Positions 21,217 through 31,750 of a DNA stretch of 64,000 nucleotides are shown here, piece after piece. A program made the translations under genes and the position numbers. Source of the DNA: Candidatus Moanibacter sp. (lineage in GTDB: Bacteria > Verrucomicrobiota > Verrucomicrobiia > Opitutales > UBA2987); contig CBDCEW010000090.1 of assembly GCA_965215885.1 (NCBI GenBank), positions 32,001 to 96,000 on the forward strand, written 5' to 3'. Below the pieces are notes generated by a model, which saw nothing but the letters and a program-made list of their open reading frames with translations, made no database searches and was not told the DNA's origin. Position 1 is the first letter of the stretch. Every line of letters starts with the position of its first letter.

Positions 21217-21999
21217 TTATTCGACGTACTTGCTGTATATTCGATCGACGGTGCCGTCGGCTCTCAATTCGTCCAAGGCTTTTCGCAGTGGTTCCAATAC
21301 ACGTGGATCGGTAGCTTTGTGAAAAGCATAACCCATGTGGGACTTCTGCAACACGTAAACGGTCCCATAGTGTTTCAGGTCAAAATTGACTAACCTGATC
21401 TGATATTTTGCGATATCCTCGGCGTATGCGATCGCATCCACACGCGCACTATCGAGCATTCGTACCATACTTTCGGGGGAATTTATGAGGATGATAGAAT
21501 CCTCACTGACCCCGAGCGTCCTGAGGAGCTGATGCCCTATATCGTCACGGATCGCGCCAATCCTGATACGATTCATATCCGCAACGGACTTGATATCCAG
21601 GTTCTTGTTCTTTGGCGCGATGAGTGACACCTGAGTCGGAATAATCGGACCGACGAATTTGAAGTGCTGGAGCCGTTCGACCGTATAGGTGGTTGAGAAG
21701 AGCGCAGTACCCGGCTTTTCCAAGAGGTACTTGTAGCTCCTTGGCCACGGCAAAACGGTGAGGGTGACAGCGGACTTATCAATCCCAAGTTTTCTGAATA
21801 TCTCGTGGAGAATCTCGACGGTAATCCCCTTAAGAACACCCTTTTCGTCAAGAAAATTAAATGGAGGATATTGCTCCGTCATCCAGGACATGCTCTCAAT
21901 CTCCCGAATCGCCTCTTCGGGGGTTTGTCCCAGCGCCGTTGTGGACAGGAGTACAATAGCGATCGCAATAGGAATTTTCAAAGCCTGCAGTTTTATCAT
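21217..21999 (-). CDS. Periplasmic substrate-binding protein (family 3, amino-acid type)
   Basis: Signal peptide; EQYPPFNF, G..VEIL, LPWPR and FKFVGP motifs. Confidence 0.85.
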   Translation of the reverse strand: MIKLQALKIPIAIAIVLLSTTALGQTPEEAIREIESMSWMTEQYPPFNFLDEKGVLKGITVEILHEIFRKLGIDKSAVTLTVLPWPRSYKYLLEKPGTALFSTTYTVERLQHFKFVGPIIPTQVSLIAPKNKNLDIKSVADMNRIRIGAIRDDIGHQLLRTLGVSEDSIILINSPESMVRMLDSARVDAIAYAEDIAKYQIRLVNFDLKHYGTVYVLQKSHMGYAFHKATDPRVLEPLRKALDELRADGTVDRIYSKYVE

Positions 22000-22072
22000 T
22001 CGTTTACCCCATTGTTTCAAAATTCGAGAATTGCTGAAGCGGTTCACTTTTGCTTGAATCATGCACGACTAC

Positions 22073-23348
22073 TCAGAAATTCCAACCCGCGAAGACCCGA
22101 TAATCAATGAGTCGGGTATTCGATGTATCGCCGTCGTATTTGACAAACGCGACTTTTAGTTTGGCGAAAAAACTCTCTGAGAAATTCCGCGAGAGAATTA
22201 TGTCCCATTCGTTCGTTTCACCGCGAAAGATCGGAGACTTCACATCCGAATAGAGGTAAAGAAAATAGAGGCTGTTTTTTGACCAGGCGTGCTTGGCTTC
22301 CAGATAGACGGACCGCGCGCCGCCGGTGAATCCAAAATCGGTCTCAACCATCGGTTCTTCGATGATATACTTTGGCTGGAACGGGCTGCGTAGGTCGTTT
22401 CCTGGACCGTCACCCGCTACGATGAATACTCCTGGTTCAAGGCTCATCTTCCCCACGGAGATCTTCACTCCCGCCTGAATTGCGTCGGCGCGCAGCTCGG
22501 TGCCGATTGTTTCTTCAAACCGCTTGAATCCGCGTTGCCCGATATACTTCAGACGTGCCTCCACCGAAAGATCATCGGAATGGAATAGAGTGTAGTCAAA
22601 GTTGACACCGAATGTATTGTAGAGATCGTCCCCAATGTAATCGTACAATGTCAGGATTGTCTTCTCCACTCCAGTAAACGAAGCCTCGACGAACTGAAAA
22701 CCGGTCGTCGAATAGGTTACGCCCTCGGTTCTCTCGATCGGGATAAAATTCACCGCCGTTCCACCTGAGGTGAGATCGTCGCGCGAGCTCCAACTGCTGA
22801 ACTTGTCCAGGATGCCGGCACTGAGCTTCAGGCCCTCGAAGTGACCTAAATCAAAAACGATCGCTTCGTAGGCCTGTTCCTTCTGTCGAATATTGTAGGT
22901 GGCAGCGAATGTGAGGTCGATACGCTGACGTCCAAAAGTCAAAGATGATTCCTTAAGACCCAGATTATCCAAATCAAACCGAAGGAAAGCATTATTTCAG
23001 AAGAGAATAATCGGAGTTTGACAGGACGTAGGCGGGGTCTTGATTGCCAAAGGCTTCTCTATTGCCGACGGAATAGAACTTCCAAGCATAAATATATTGA
23101 AGACCAAAGGAGAAACCGCCGACCTTGGGACTTATGTAATTGAGGGTTGCAGCGGTAGTACCCGAATGAAGATCGCGGTCCCGGGAACCGCTCTCGGAGA
23201 AATGACGTCCCATAAATAGGGTCTGAATTCTTCCCGAGATCTTTCCGTATCCATTCTGATCCAGCTTTTCAAGAAATGACACCTTTTCCTGGCTGAAGGC
23301 GGAGCAGATGGTCAGAACGAACGCGAATACAACCGTGAGATTCCTCAT
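22073..23348 (-). pseudogene. Outer-membrane porin (OprD-like) with a 1-bp frameshift near 22996
   Basis: Signal peptide in 22992-23348; FGRQRID motif and terminal DYRVFAGWNF in 22073-22972. Removing one A (ctg aaa taa t to ctg aat aat) fuses the two ORFs. Confidence 0.75.
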
Positions 23349-23366
23349 CGTTTCAAGATCACCGGC

Positions 23367-25168
23367 CTATACTTTTTCCAGCTGGGCTCGCAGCTGGGCG
23401 ACGATTTCGGGGTACTCGGCAAGAATGCGCTTAATCTCGGTAACGTCTAAACTCTGCAGCACGTCTCGCAACCTTTCTGCAAAGGTATTAAGGGCGGGAA
23501 TATCGTGTTCGGACCCTAAGGCCCCGACCCCTTGAGCAAACCCCTTAATGCGCGCCACCCTCCGTCGTTTGGCGCAGTTTTTGTATTCTTCCATCAGCTC
23601 TCCTTCGAGTCGAACGAGCAATTCCTCCACCGATGACTTTTGACCAAGCTCCAGAGCGCCAACACTGGAAGAAGCCTTCTCTTTGAGGTCAATGTCCTTG
23701 AGGCCCGCTCTGCTGGTTTCCCGTTGCGTGCTTTCATATTTCAAAAATCGTTTCAACTCACCGATTATCTGCCACCGCTGAACCGGTTTTGACAGGTAAC
23801 CGTTGAGACGCAATTCGGGTACGAGAATCTCTTCGGGTTGCGATGATGAGGCGGTCAACACTACAATCGGAGTATCTCCGACTTCCGGATCGTCCCTTAT
23901 AAGACTGGTTGATTTCTTTCCGTCCATTATCGGCATGGATATGTCCATGATGATTAAATCCGGACGCTCCTGTTTTGCCATCTGATATCCAACTAGACCG
24001 TTTGCTGCTTCCAGGACGGTTAAACCGGTGTCTTCCAGGAATTCTTTTACAAGGGCGCGATTGAGATCGTTGTCCTCAACAACAAGAACGGTTGCGGGAT
24101 CGAAAGACACTTCTTCTCTCGCCCTTACATCTTCGATACCAGGCTGAACCTTTGAGATTGCGGGAACCTCCAGGTCCTCCAACGTCACGGTAACGGTCGT
24201 ACCTTTACCCAGTTCGCTGTCCAACGAGATCGATCCACCTAGGAGGTGGACGAGACGTTTCGTGATAGCGAGACCCAGCCCCGCTCCTTCAAATGCCCGA
24301 GTGCTTTGACCGCTCTGTTGCTCGAAGGCCTCGAATATTCGCTCTTTTTCCGCGTCTCTTATACCGACTCCAGAGTCCGCAATTTCGAATCTCAAGGTTA
24401 TCTTGCTTTTGAATTCGGCGGAGTAGTCCTTTTCCGCGGCGAGACGTACAAACCCCTGTTCGGTAAATTTCACGGCGTTGCCCATGAGATTGAACAGCAC
24501 CTGCCGCAGGCGTACTTCATCGAGCAAGATCCATTCCGGTAGACCGGGATCGACCTCCATGATGAGTTCGAGGCCCTTCTCCTCCGCTCTGAGACTGAAA
24601 ATCTCACCGGCATCGTTCAGAATCGCTGAAACATTTACGGGTTCCCATTCGATGTTAAGCCTGCCCGCTTCGATCTTTGACAGATCGAGAATATCATTAA
24701 TCAGGCGCAAAAGTGTCTTACCGCTGGCTGAAATGGAATCGAGATACTGTCGAAGTGTCTCATCTTCAATTTTCCGTTCCAACAGCTCCGAAAATCCGAG
24801 AATCGCATTCATGGGAGTACGAATCTCATGACTCATATTAGCCAGAAACTCGCTTTTCGCTCGATTTGCGAGGTTCGCTGACTCCTCTGCTTCTTCAGCC
24901 GCTTCTTTAGCCTCCTGCAGTTCCGCCGTCCGTATGGCTACCTTGTCTTCGAGCTCTCGATTGTACGATTGCAGTTGGGAGCTTTTCTCGCGGATGTCAG
25001 CCGCCATTTCGGAAAATTCCTTGGCCAGGGCGCCGATTTCATCCCCTGATTTGAGAAGCGATCCCATCCTGTCGAACTCCTGCGTCTCGCCGGTATTCTC
25101 CCCGACCGGATTTAAAGCCGCTACCTCGTGCGTGAGGTTTCGGACCGGTCTGACGACAATAAACCAGA
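23367..25168 (-). pseudogene. 5'-truncated HAMP-HisKA-HATPase-REC hybrid kinase
   Basis: Frame open up to the IS4 junction ([11 protein letters not shown]...[14 protein letters not shown]); [11 protein letters not shown]; sensor and TM1 missing. Confidence 0.9.
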
Positions 25169-26487
25169 CAGTACTGTCCGGTTATAAGTCAAACAACTCC
25201 AACTGTTTAGGAATGCGGTGTTCATTGAAAGTGTAATCGGTTTCTGTAAGTAGTTCAGTCATAGGAGTTTTCTCAAATAGGGTGAAGCTGAGAATCTGTA
25301 GGATTTTGTGCAAACTGATCTCCAGGCGAAGGCGTTTGCGGATGATGGCGATGAGCACATAGACGCTGACGGCAATCCAGATTTGAGTCTTCACAGCATT
25401 CTCGGAGGTGCCGAAAAAGCTCTTGATGCGCAAGTGCTGTTTGATCCATTTGAAGAACAATTCGATCTGCCAGCGTAAACGGTAAATCTGGGTGATGATT
25501 ATGGCTGGGAGGGCAAACTGGTTGGTGAGAAACACGAAGCGCTCGGAACTGTCGGGGTCGAGGTAAGTGATACGCCGGAGTCTTTCGGGGTAGGCCTTGG
25601 CAGGATAGAAGCTGACCAGGGCAACGGTCTGGTCCGAACGCAGACCGGTTGATTTGTCGACCTTTTGAGAGTAGAGGCGGCGAAACTGAAAGCCGCGGCG
25701 GGCGCGTGTGACGAAGAAAGAACCGCATTGTGCGATCCGATAGAGGCGCTCGTAATGCAGATAGGCTCGGTCCATTACATAGTAAGCACCGGCCTCGGGG
25801 ATGATGAGATCCAGAATGTTTACGTCGTGAACTTTTCCATCGGTAATCTCGATAAAATAAGGGATAGAGCCTCTGAGATCGAGAAGCGTATGGACCTTCA
25901 CCGCCCCCTTGTGCTTGCGGAAACGTGCCCACGGGAAGAGTGATAGACATAGATCGATCGTGGTGGAGTCCAGAGCGTAGAGCGTATTGTCCAGGTCGAT
26001 GCCCAGATCCTCGTTTGAATACAAAGGACGAGCCATTGCGATGAGGACCTGTGCAAAGTCGGCGTAGCTGCGCCAGTCTCGTTTCTCGTTGGCATCGGCG
26101 AGCGTGCTTTTGGATACTCCGCTTCGAATCCCTGCGTGGTATAGTTTTGGTTGTACTGCCCGCAGGCAGGTTTCGATGTCGCGCAGACTCTCCCGGTAGG
26201 TCAACTCGGCAAAACCCATGCAGAGAAATTGTTCGAAGCAACTGAACTTTTGAACTTTGTAGTCGCCTCCGTAGCGTTGGACGCAACGATGGAACTGATG
26301 GCGCGGAAGATAATCTATGATTTGAGAAAAAACGAATCGACCTGTATACATGATTTGGACCCTCGAAATTTTTGAGAGTCCACAAGGCTTTTTGCAATTT
26401 CAAGTCGAAAACAGCAGAAATCATATGTAAAATGTTGGTTATCAATCGATTAACCTGCGTTCCTAGAAAAACAACCGGACAGTAGTG
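25169..26487 (-). mobile_element. IS4-family element, copy 2 (1319 bp), no TSD
   Basis: Near-identical to copy 1 but lacks the 27-bp duplication. Flanks TAAACCAGA and ATCATACAT do not match. Confidence 0.95.
25182..26351 (-). CDS. IS4-family transposase
   Basis: 389 aa with the same motifs as copy 1. Confidence 0.95.
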   Translation of the reverse strand: MYTGRFVFSQIIDYLPRHQFHRCVQRYGGDYKVQKFSCFEQFLCMGFAELTYRESLRDIETCLRAVQPKLYHAGIRSGVSKSTLADANEKRDWRSYADFAQVLIAMARPLYSNEDLGIDLDNTLYALDSTTIDLCLSLFPWARFRKHKGAVKVHTLLDLRGSIPYFIEITDGKVHDVNILDLIIPEAGAYYVMDRAYLHYERLYRIAQCGSFFVTRARRGFQFRRLYSQKVDKSTGLRSDQTVALVSFYPAKAYPERLRRITYLDPDSSERFVFLTNQFALPAIIITQIYRLRWQIELFFKWIKQHLRIKSFFGTSENAVKTQIWIAVSVYVLIAIIRKRLRLEISLHKILQILSFTLFEKTPMTELLTETDYTFNEHRIPKQLELFDL

Positions 26488-28117
26488 ATCATACATCGAT
26501 CTTCATCGAAGAAGCGATCCCTGGGGTAATGATTTTTATTTTCGATCGAGCAATGGTTGCGAATTTTCGAGAGGAACTGTTGAGGGCTCAAATCGGCGGG
26601 ATCGAGACTGCTTACGTAGTAAGAGCGTTCAGAGGAAGGTTCAGCTTTGTTTGGATAATGGAAGGTGCGTTGCACACAGGCGAACTGGCGGGCATGGGGC
26701 AGGCCGGCAGAGGGAGCGCTTAGAGAATGGGTTGCTATTTGACGTATTTCGAGTCGCCCATGGTCATTGTCCACGGTTTGGTGGAGAAAAAGGGGGTGGA
26801 GCTGAAGAGATTCTGAGCGTATTGATGCATGTTGGGCTGATTGTCTTTAATTTGAATAACATAGTCAGCACTGAGTTCTTCGACGACGATGTGGGCAGTT
26901 TCTTTTTGATTATGCATGGCGTCGAAGGTGAAGGTGGAGCCGTCCAAAATGGGCATCTTTCGCAAGAGAGTCTGGGCGGCGGTGATCTCGTTGGATTTAT
27001 CGGCGGTAGCGACTTGGGCTAAGGTTTGAGCGCTTTGGTGATCGACTGCGGCCACCAGGTGCAGAGCCTTTGATTCTTCGGTGTTTGTGCCTTTGAGGGT
27101 CTTGCCGTCGACGGCAATATCGCGGGGCAAACAGCCGTCTTGTAAGCAGATGAATTCGGTGAGGGTTTTATCGAAGAGCTCGGCCTTTACGTTTTGCAAG
27201 ACCCGATAGAAGACATCATAGCAAGGGGCCTTATAGCGGCCTGTTTTGGGGTTTTTCCAGGAGCGTAAGGCGCGCAATTGGGCTTGATTGAGATGATGGG
27301 CCAGGCGCACGATGCCCTTGAGGGTCTGTTTGCCGCACATCGTGCCGAGCACAATCATGCTCAGGACCGTGGCGAGCCGATATCTAAGGCCCGCTTTACG
27401 ACGGAAGTCTTCTATCTGATTGAAGCGTTCCCACAGGCTGCTCATCTGTTCCACTTTGAGGCAGACCGCATGGGAGTTATCGGTTTCATTGAGCGCCTGG
27501 CTCTGTGCCGCGGGCAATGGCCCTGAAGCGCGCAAAAGCTCAAGGGCATTAGCCTTGAGGGGTTTGACCCAGATCTGCTTGGGACGCTCATGGCGTTGAT
27601 AGAAATCTTCGCGTTGGCGGCCATATCCCGCGCTCAAGCCCAAGGGCGTCCACCCGCTCGCTTCGTAGCAAGTGCCCCGGTGAATCTGTGGGTCCACGAA
27701 CGTTTCCGCTACTAAGGGACGATAGCCAAAAGCCTCCTGCCAGTGATCGGCTAAGACTCTCAGGCACATACCCAACGTCTTGGAGGCCAAATTTGCAAGA
27801 TCCACCCCGGGCAAAATCAGAAAACGCCGGTTCTGTACTACCAGTTTCAATCGTGCATGCCGTTGCGCCCCGTCCCACCCGATCCATTCGTCTCGATCCT
27901 TCAGCCGGTAGGATGCGGCCCCCCACAAGAGCAGGCCCATCCATTGCCCGTCGATCTGCGCCACATAGCGCAGGGTCTCTCCTGCGCTGCCCGCACTGTG
28001 TAAATAATGATGTTGTTTCAATAGATCATTGAATCGCTCCTGCTCTTCGGGCAGGACCAGACGCAGAGTTAAACGATCTATCGAAGGATTCAGTTGGTAA
28101 GATTTTTTGTCTTTCAT
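26488..28117 (-). pseudogene. DUF4338 (DruA-like)-ISAs1 transposase fusion in two frames, truncated
   Basis: N-terminus: HHYL...LRYVA...RDEWIGW...RFLILP...ETFVD...GTCYEASGW. ISAs1 core: AVDGKTL, KSNEI, FDAMHNQ, KDNQP. In the -1 frame: HGRLEIR, YYVSSL, RNHCSIEN. Confidence 0.85.
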
Positions 28118-28212
28118 CCCATCTTAACATGACTGATTCCCTCGGGTTTGTTTAGCTCTTTTTTTATCTTCTTGCTTATCAGCTAGTTGCTTCCTGGAAT
28201 CCTTTTACCCTG
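26488..28212 (-). mobile_element. ISAs1-family element, 3'-truncated by IS4
   Basis: Probable left end CAGGGT (rc of 28207-28212); transposase cut at FFDEDRCMI. Confidence 0.75.
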
Positions 28213-28409
28213 AGGTATGCCCCGGGTTCGATCGAATTGGCTTGCATGATCATCGAAAAGCATGACTAAGGAAGCTGCCGCGGAAATTTTAATGTTTTCA
28301 AGTGACAATTTTTCAGGTAAGGGTTCTGCTTCCGATTAAGGGCGCAAGTGTTCAGACTGCTCTGGCATTGGATATACTTAATTGTGAAACACGACACTAG
28401 AGTAGAAAC

Positions 28410-28994
28410 ATGAAAATCCTTATTGCCGAGGATGATTTAATATCGCGCAGACTGCTCTGCACAACACTGGAACAGTTTGGGCACGAGATTCTTGCCTTCA
28501 ACGATGGGGAAGAGGCCTGGATATCTTTCAATGAGGAGCCCGTCCGAGCTATTGTGAGCGATTGGCTAATGCCGAAGCTCGATGGGCTTGAGTTTTGCCG
28601 GCGGGTACGTGCGAGAGAAAATACGGAGTACACCTATTTTATCCTTCTTACGGCAAACATTGAGGGGAAGGATTCGTATATGGAAGCGATGCAGGCAGGG
28701 ATCGACGATTTTCTGGCAAAACCTCTTGATCGTGATCAGATCTGGATGCGTTTGCGAGTAGCAGAACGAATCCTGCGTTACACGACCGAGATCAGCAATT
28801 TGGAAAGCATGCTGCCTATCTGTTCATACTGTAAGAAAATCAGAGATGACAACAATTATTGGCAACAGGTGGAGACGTATATAGGAGGAAAAACAGGAAC
28901 CAATTTCAGTCATAGCGTATGTCCACAATGCTATGAATCGATTATTGAGCCTCAGTTGGAGAAGCTTCGTCAATCGGAGGAGAACTCAAATTAG
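28410..28994 (+). CDS. Response regulator with a C-terminal Cys-rich tail
   Basis: REC domain (AEDD, SDWLMP, AKP) followed by PICSYCKKIRD...FSHSVCPQC. Confidence 0.9.
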   Translation: MKILIAEDDLISRRLLCTTLEQFGHEILAFNDGEEAWISFNEEPVRAIVSDWLMPKLDGLEFCRRVRARENTEYTYFILLTANIEGKDSYMEAMQAGIDDFLAKPLDRDQIWMRLRVAERILRYTTEISNLESMLPICSYCKKIRDDNNYWQQVETYIGGKTGTNFSHSVCPQCYESIIEPQLEKLRQSEENSN

Positions 28995-29101
28995 GTACTA
29001 GGATTCATAATTACGGTAATGTATGCCGAGGCGATTTTGTATGGAGGGGGAGGCGGTCGTGTCGTGCCTCTTCGAGAGGCTTTGCGCTACTCGACAGATT
29101 C

Positions 29102-29365
29102 CTAAAAGAGCCGAAAGGCCTTCATACTTTCCATCGCCGCCCAGATCAGAAGAGCAAAAGCTACAATTGCCAAAAAGCGCAAAGCGAAACGTCGCAATTT
29201 GCTCGCTCCCTCATACTTACCGAAACTGCTCTGAAAGAAATTTGAAGAATCCAAGAATCCGAAAAAGCCGGCTCCGAAGATATTCTTAAACCTGCGCTTA
29301 TCAATCCCATACTTATCGGATCGTTGTCTACGGCGGGCTCGCCACACAAAAAATCGTCTTAACAT
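29102..29365 (-). CDS. Small hypothetical membrane protein
   Basis: Basic N-terminus and C-terminal hydrophobic helix. Confidence 0.45.
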   Translation of the reverse strand: MLRRFFVWRARRRQRSDKYGIDKRRFKNIFGAGFFGFLDSSNFFQSSFGKYEGASKLRRFALRFLAIVAFALLIWAAMESMKAFRLF

Positions 29366-29452
29366 CACGAAAAGCTCCAGATGTATAAGACGAGGAAGAA
29401 TAAGAAGTGGCAAGATTGAAAGGCATGGAGGAGTTGTTCAGTCGCAACTGAG

Positions 29453-30451
29453 ATGAACTTTTGCATACTCGGAGCGGGTGCTTGGGGAACGGCGATGGCT
29501 CTACATCTGGCCCGTCAAAAGCATACCGTCACTTTGGTGCCGAGGCGCATGGAGCATGCCTTGGAGCTTTCTTCGAGTCGCGAGAACAGACGCTATTTGC
29601 CGGGACACCAGCTGCAAAACAGCATACAGATAGGTTGGGAGCTGAAGCCGGTGCTTATGGAGGTAGATGTAGTACTTCTGGCTTGCCCTTCCAAGGGTTT
29701 GAGAGATGTCTGCCAAAAGGTGAAGGAACAGATCGGCGTGGCCCAGCAACTTAAGCTTTTGGTGGGACTCAGCAAAGGTCTGGAGGAGGGGACGAATCTC
29801 CTACCCTCTGAAGTGATTGCATCTGTCCTATCCGACTACGAAGTAGGTGTCTTGACGGGGCCCACTTATGCGGGCGAGGTAGCGACAGGCAAGCCGACTG
29901 CTATTGTGTTTGGAACGAATAAAGATTCGGAGTTTACTCTGGCGCTTCAAGAGGCGATTAGCGACCAGAGTTTGCGCGTTTATCGGACAGCTGACCCCAA
30001 AGGAGTGGGATTAGGCTCCTGTCTCAAGAATGTCTACGCCATTGCCGCAGGAATTTGTGACGGATTGAAATTGGGAGACAATGCGAAAGCGGCGCTTATT
30101 ACACGGTCTCTTGCCGAAATGGTACGATTGGGTGCAAGTTTAGGGGGACAGGTTGACACGTTCTACGGACTAAGTGGATTTGGCGATCTCGTTGCAACAT
30201 GTAATGGAACATGGAGTCGAAATCGGAAATTCGGGAAACTGATCGCGGAAGGCCAACCGATTGAGAGTCTCATAGCGGACAGTAAAATGACAGTCGAAGG
30301 CTATCGGACCACCGACTGTTTCTACCGTCTCTGCCAGGAAAAGCAGCTCGAAGCACCGATACTCAATGAGATAGAGGCTGTTCTATTCCGAGAAAAGGAA
30401 CCGTCCCTCGTTCTCAAGTCACTGATGAATCGAGACTTGAAGGCTGAGTAG
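29453..30451 (+). CDS. gpsA: NAD(P)H-dependent glycerol-3-phosphate dehydrogenase
   Basis: [41 protein letters not shown] and SRN motifs. Confidence 0.96.
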   Translation: MNFCILGAGAWGTAMALHLARQKHTVTLVPRRMEHALELSSSRENRRYLPGHQLQNSIQIGWELKPVLMEVDVVLLACPSKGLRDVCQKVKEQIGVAQQLKLLVGLSKGLEEGTNLLPSEVIASVLSDYEVGVLTGPTYAGEVATGKPTAIVFGTNKDSEFTLALQEAISDQSLRVYRTADPKGVGLGSCLKNVYAIAAGICDGLKLGDNAKAALITRSLAEMVRLGASLGGQVDTFYGLSGFGDLVATCNGTWSRNRKFGKLIAEGQPIESLIADSKMTVEGYRTTDCFYRLCQEKQLEAPILNEIEAVLFREKEPSLVLKSLMNRDLKAE

Positions 30452-30947
30452 CATTTGCACTTTGCGCCGGATCCGCGAATTTGCGGGACAGCGCATCGGC
30501 AACATTTTTTGGAACCAATTTTTCAATATTTCCCGAAAAACGAGCAACCTGCTTGATGAGGCGTGAGCTAGTAAAGAAATAATCCTGGTTCGGCATTAAG
30601 AATATGGTTTCCAACTCGCTCGACAGATGGCGATTCATCTGCGTCATCTGAAACTCGAACTCGAAATCGGAGATCGCCCTCAATCCTCTCACAATTGCGC
30701 TGGCACCCAACTCTTGAGCATAATCCACAAGGAGGCCGTTGAATGAAGTTGCCTCCGAATTTAAGTCATCGGGCAGATTTTCCCTTATCAATAAAAGGCG
30801 TTCTTCTACGGTAAAAAGAGGCCCCTTATCATTGTCATACGCGACTGCAATAATTACTTTATCAAACAATCGGCATGCGCGGAAGAGGACATCGAGGTGT
30901 CCGTTGGTTGGGGGATCGAATGTTCCCGGATAAATACCGATCCTCAT
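30414..30947 (-). CDS. coaD: Pantetheine-phosphate adenylyltransferase
   Basis: [12 protein letters not shown] and [13 protein letters not shown] motifs. Confidence 0.97.
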   Translation of the reverse strand: MRIGIYPGTFDPPTNGHLDVLFRACRLFDKVIIAVAYDNDKGPLFTVEERLLLIRENLPDDLNSEATSFNGLLVDYAQELGASAIVRGLRAISDFEFEFQMTQMNRHLSSELETIFLMPNQDYFFTSSRLIKQVARFSGNIEKLVPKNVADALSRKFADPAQSANATQPSSLDSSVT

Positions 30948-31153
30948 TTAAACCTGTCGTTCTTTACGAATTGGCTTTTTGATCCTACTGAGGTAGTGCT
31001 TACTGTCGATACATTTTTGCTGGATCCACGGCCGCCGGAAAGTATGAAATAAGCTGACTAATCCCGGCAGGCCGCGATCGGACTTTATGCCATTTCCCGA
31101 GGAGTTACCAGGTTTCTTTCCCATCCCGGCCGACCGGGACTAGAGACAAGAAA

Positions 31154-31750
31154 ATGAATTTACCAAATCTGCTGACCCTTTCCCGTATACCCCTGCTTTT
31201 TGTTATTTCCGGCCTGATCTACCTGGAGAAGCCGGGAGCTGCGTCATTAGCGTTTCTATTGTTCGTGTTTGCGGGGCTGACGGACTGGCTCGACGGTTAT
31301 ATTGCTCGAAAGTATAACTTGATATCGAATTTCGGTAAACTGATGGATGCGCTGGCGGATAAAGTGATCATTGTAGGTATGTTCATTATTCTTCTGGCGA
31401 TTGGGATGCTTCCGCCATGGGCGATCTGGTGTGTTCTTCTAATAGTGAGTCGCGAGTTTCTGGTTACGGGCTTGAGGCTCGTAGCGGCAGGTAAAGGAGT
31501 GGTCTTAGGCGCGGAGGCAACGGGCAAACATAAAACGGTGGTGCAAATCGTTTGTATCAGTGTGCTGCTTCTGGTACCGGTGCTGAAGAATGATATTGGG
31601 TCCCTGACCGGTTGGAAATCGGGCGCTACTGTAGAATTTGTAGAATTGGTGGGTCTTATACTTTTTGTTGTAGCGACCATTTTAACGGTTTTTTCCGGCT
31701 GCAGGTATCTGGCGAAATACTGGGCGGTGATGTTCGAAGCACAGGGTTGA
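31154..31750 (+). CDS. pgsA: CDP-diacylglycerol--glycerol-3-phosphate 3-phosphatidyltransferase
   Basis: MNLPNLLTLSR and TDWLDGYIAR...FGKLMDALADK motifs. Confidence 0.95.
   Translation: MNLPNLLTLSRIPLLFVISGLIYLEKPGAASLAFLLFVFAGLTDWLDGYIARKYNLISNFGKLMDALADKVIIVGMFIILLAIGMLPPWAIWCVLLIVSREFLVTGLRLVAAGKGVVLGAEATGKHKTVVQIVCISVLLLVPVLKNDIGSLTGWKSGATVEFVELVGLILFVVATILTVFSGCRYLAKYWAVMFEAQG

Noticed and set aside
27560..28117. Druantia defence system
   Set aside because: Only a DUF4338-like domain fused to a transposase; no DruE helicase or other dru genes.
30414..30451. 38-bp overlap of convergent gpsA and coaD
   Set aside because: A common 3'-3' overlap through a non-conserved CoaD tail.
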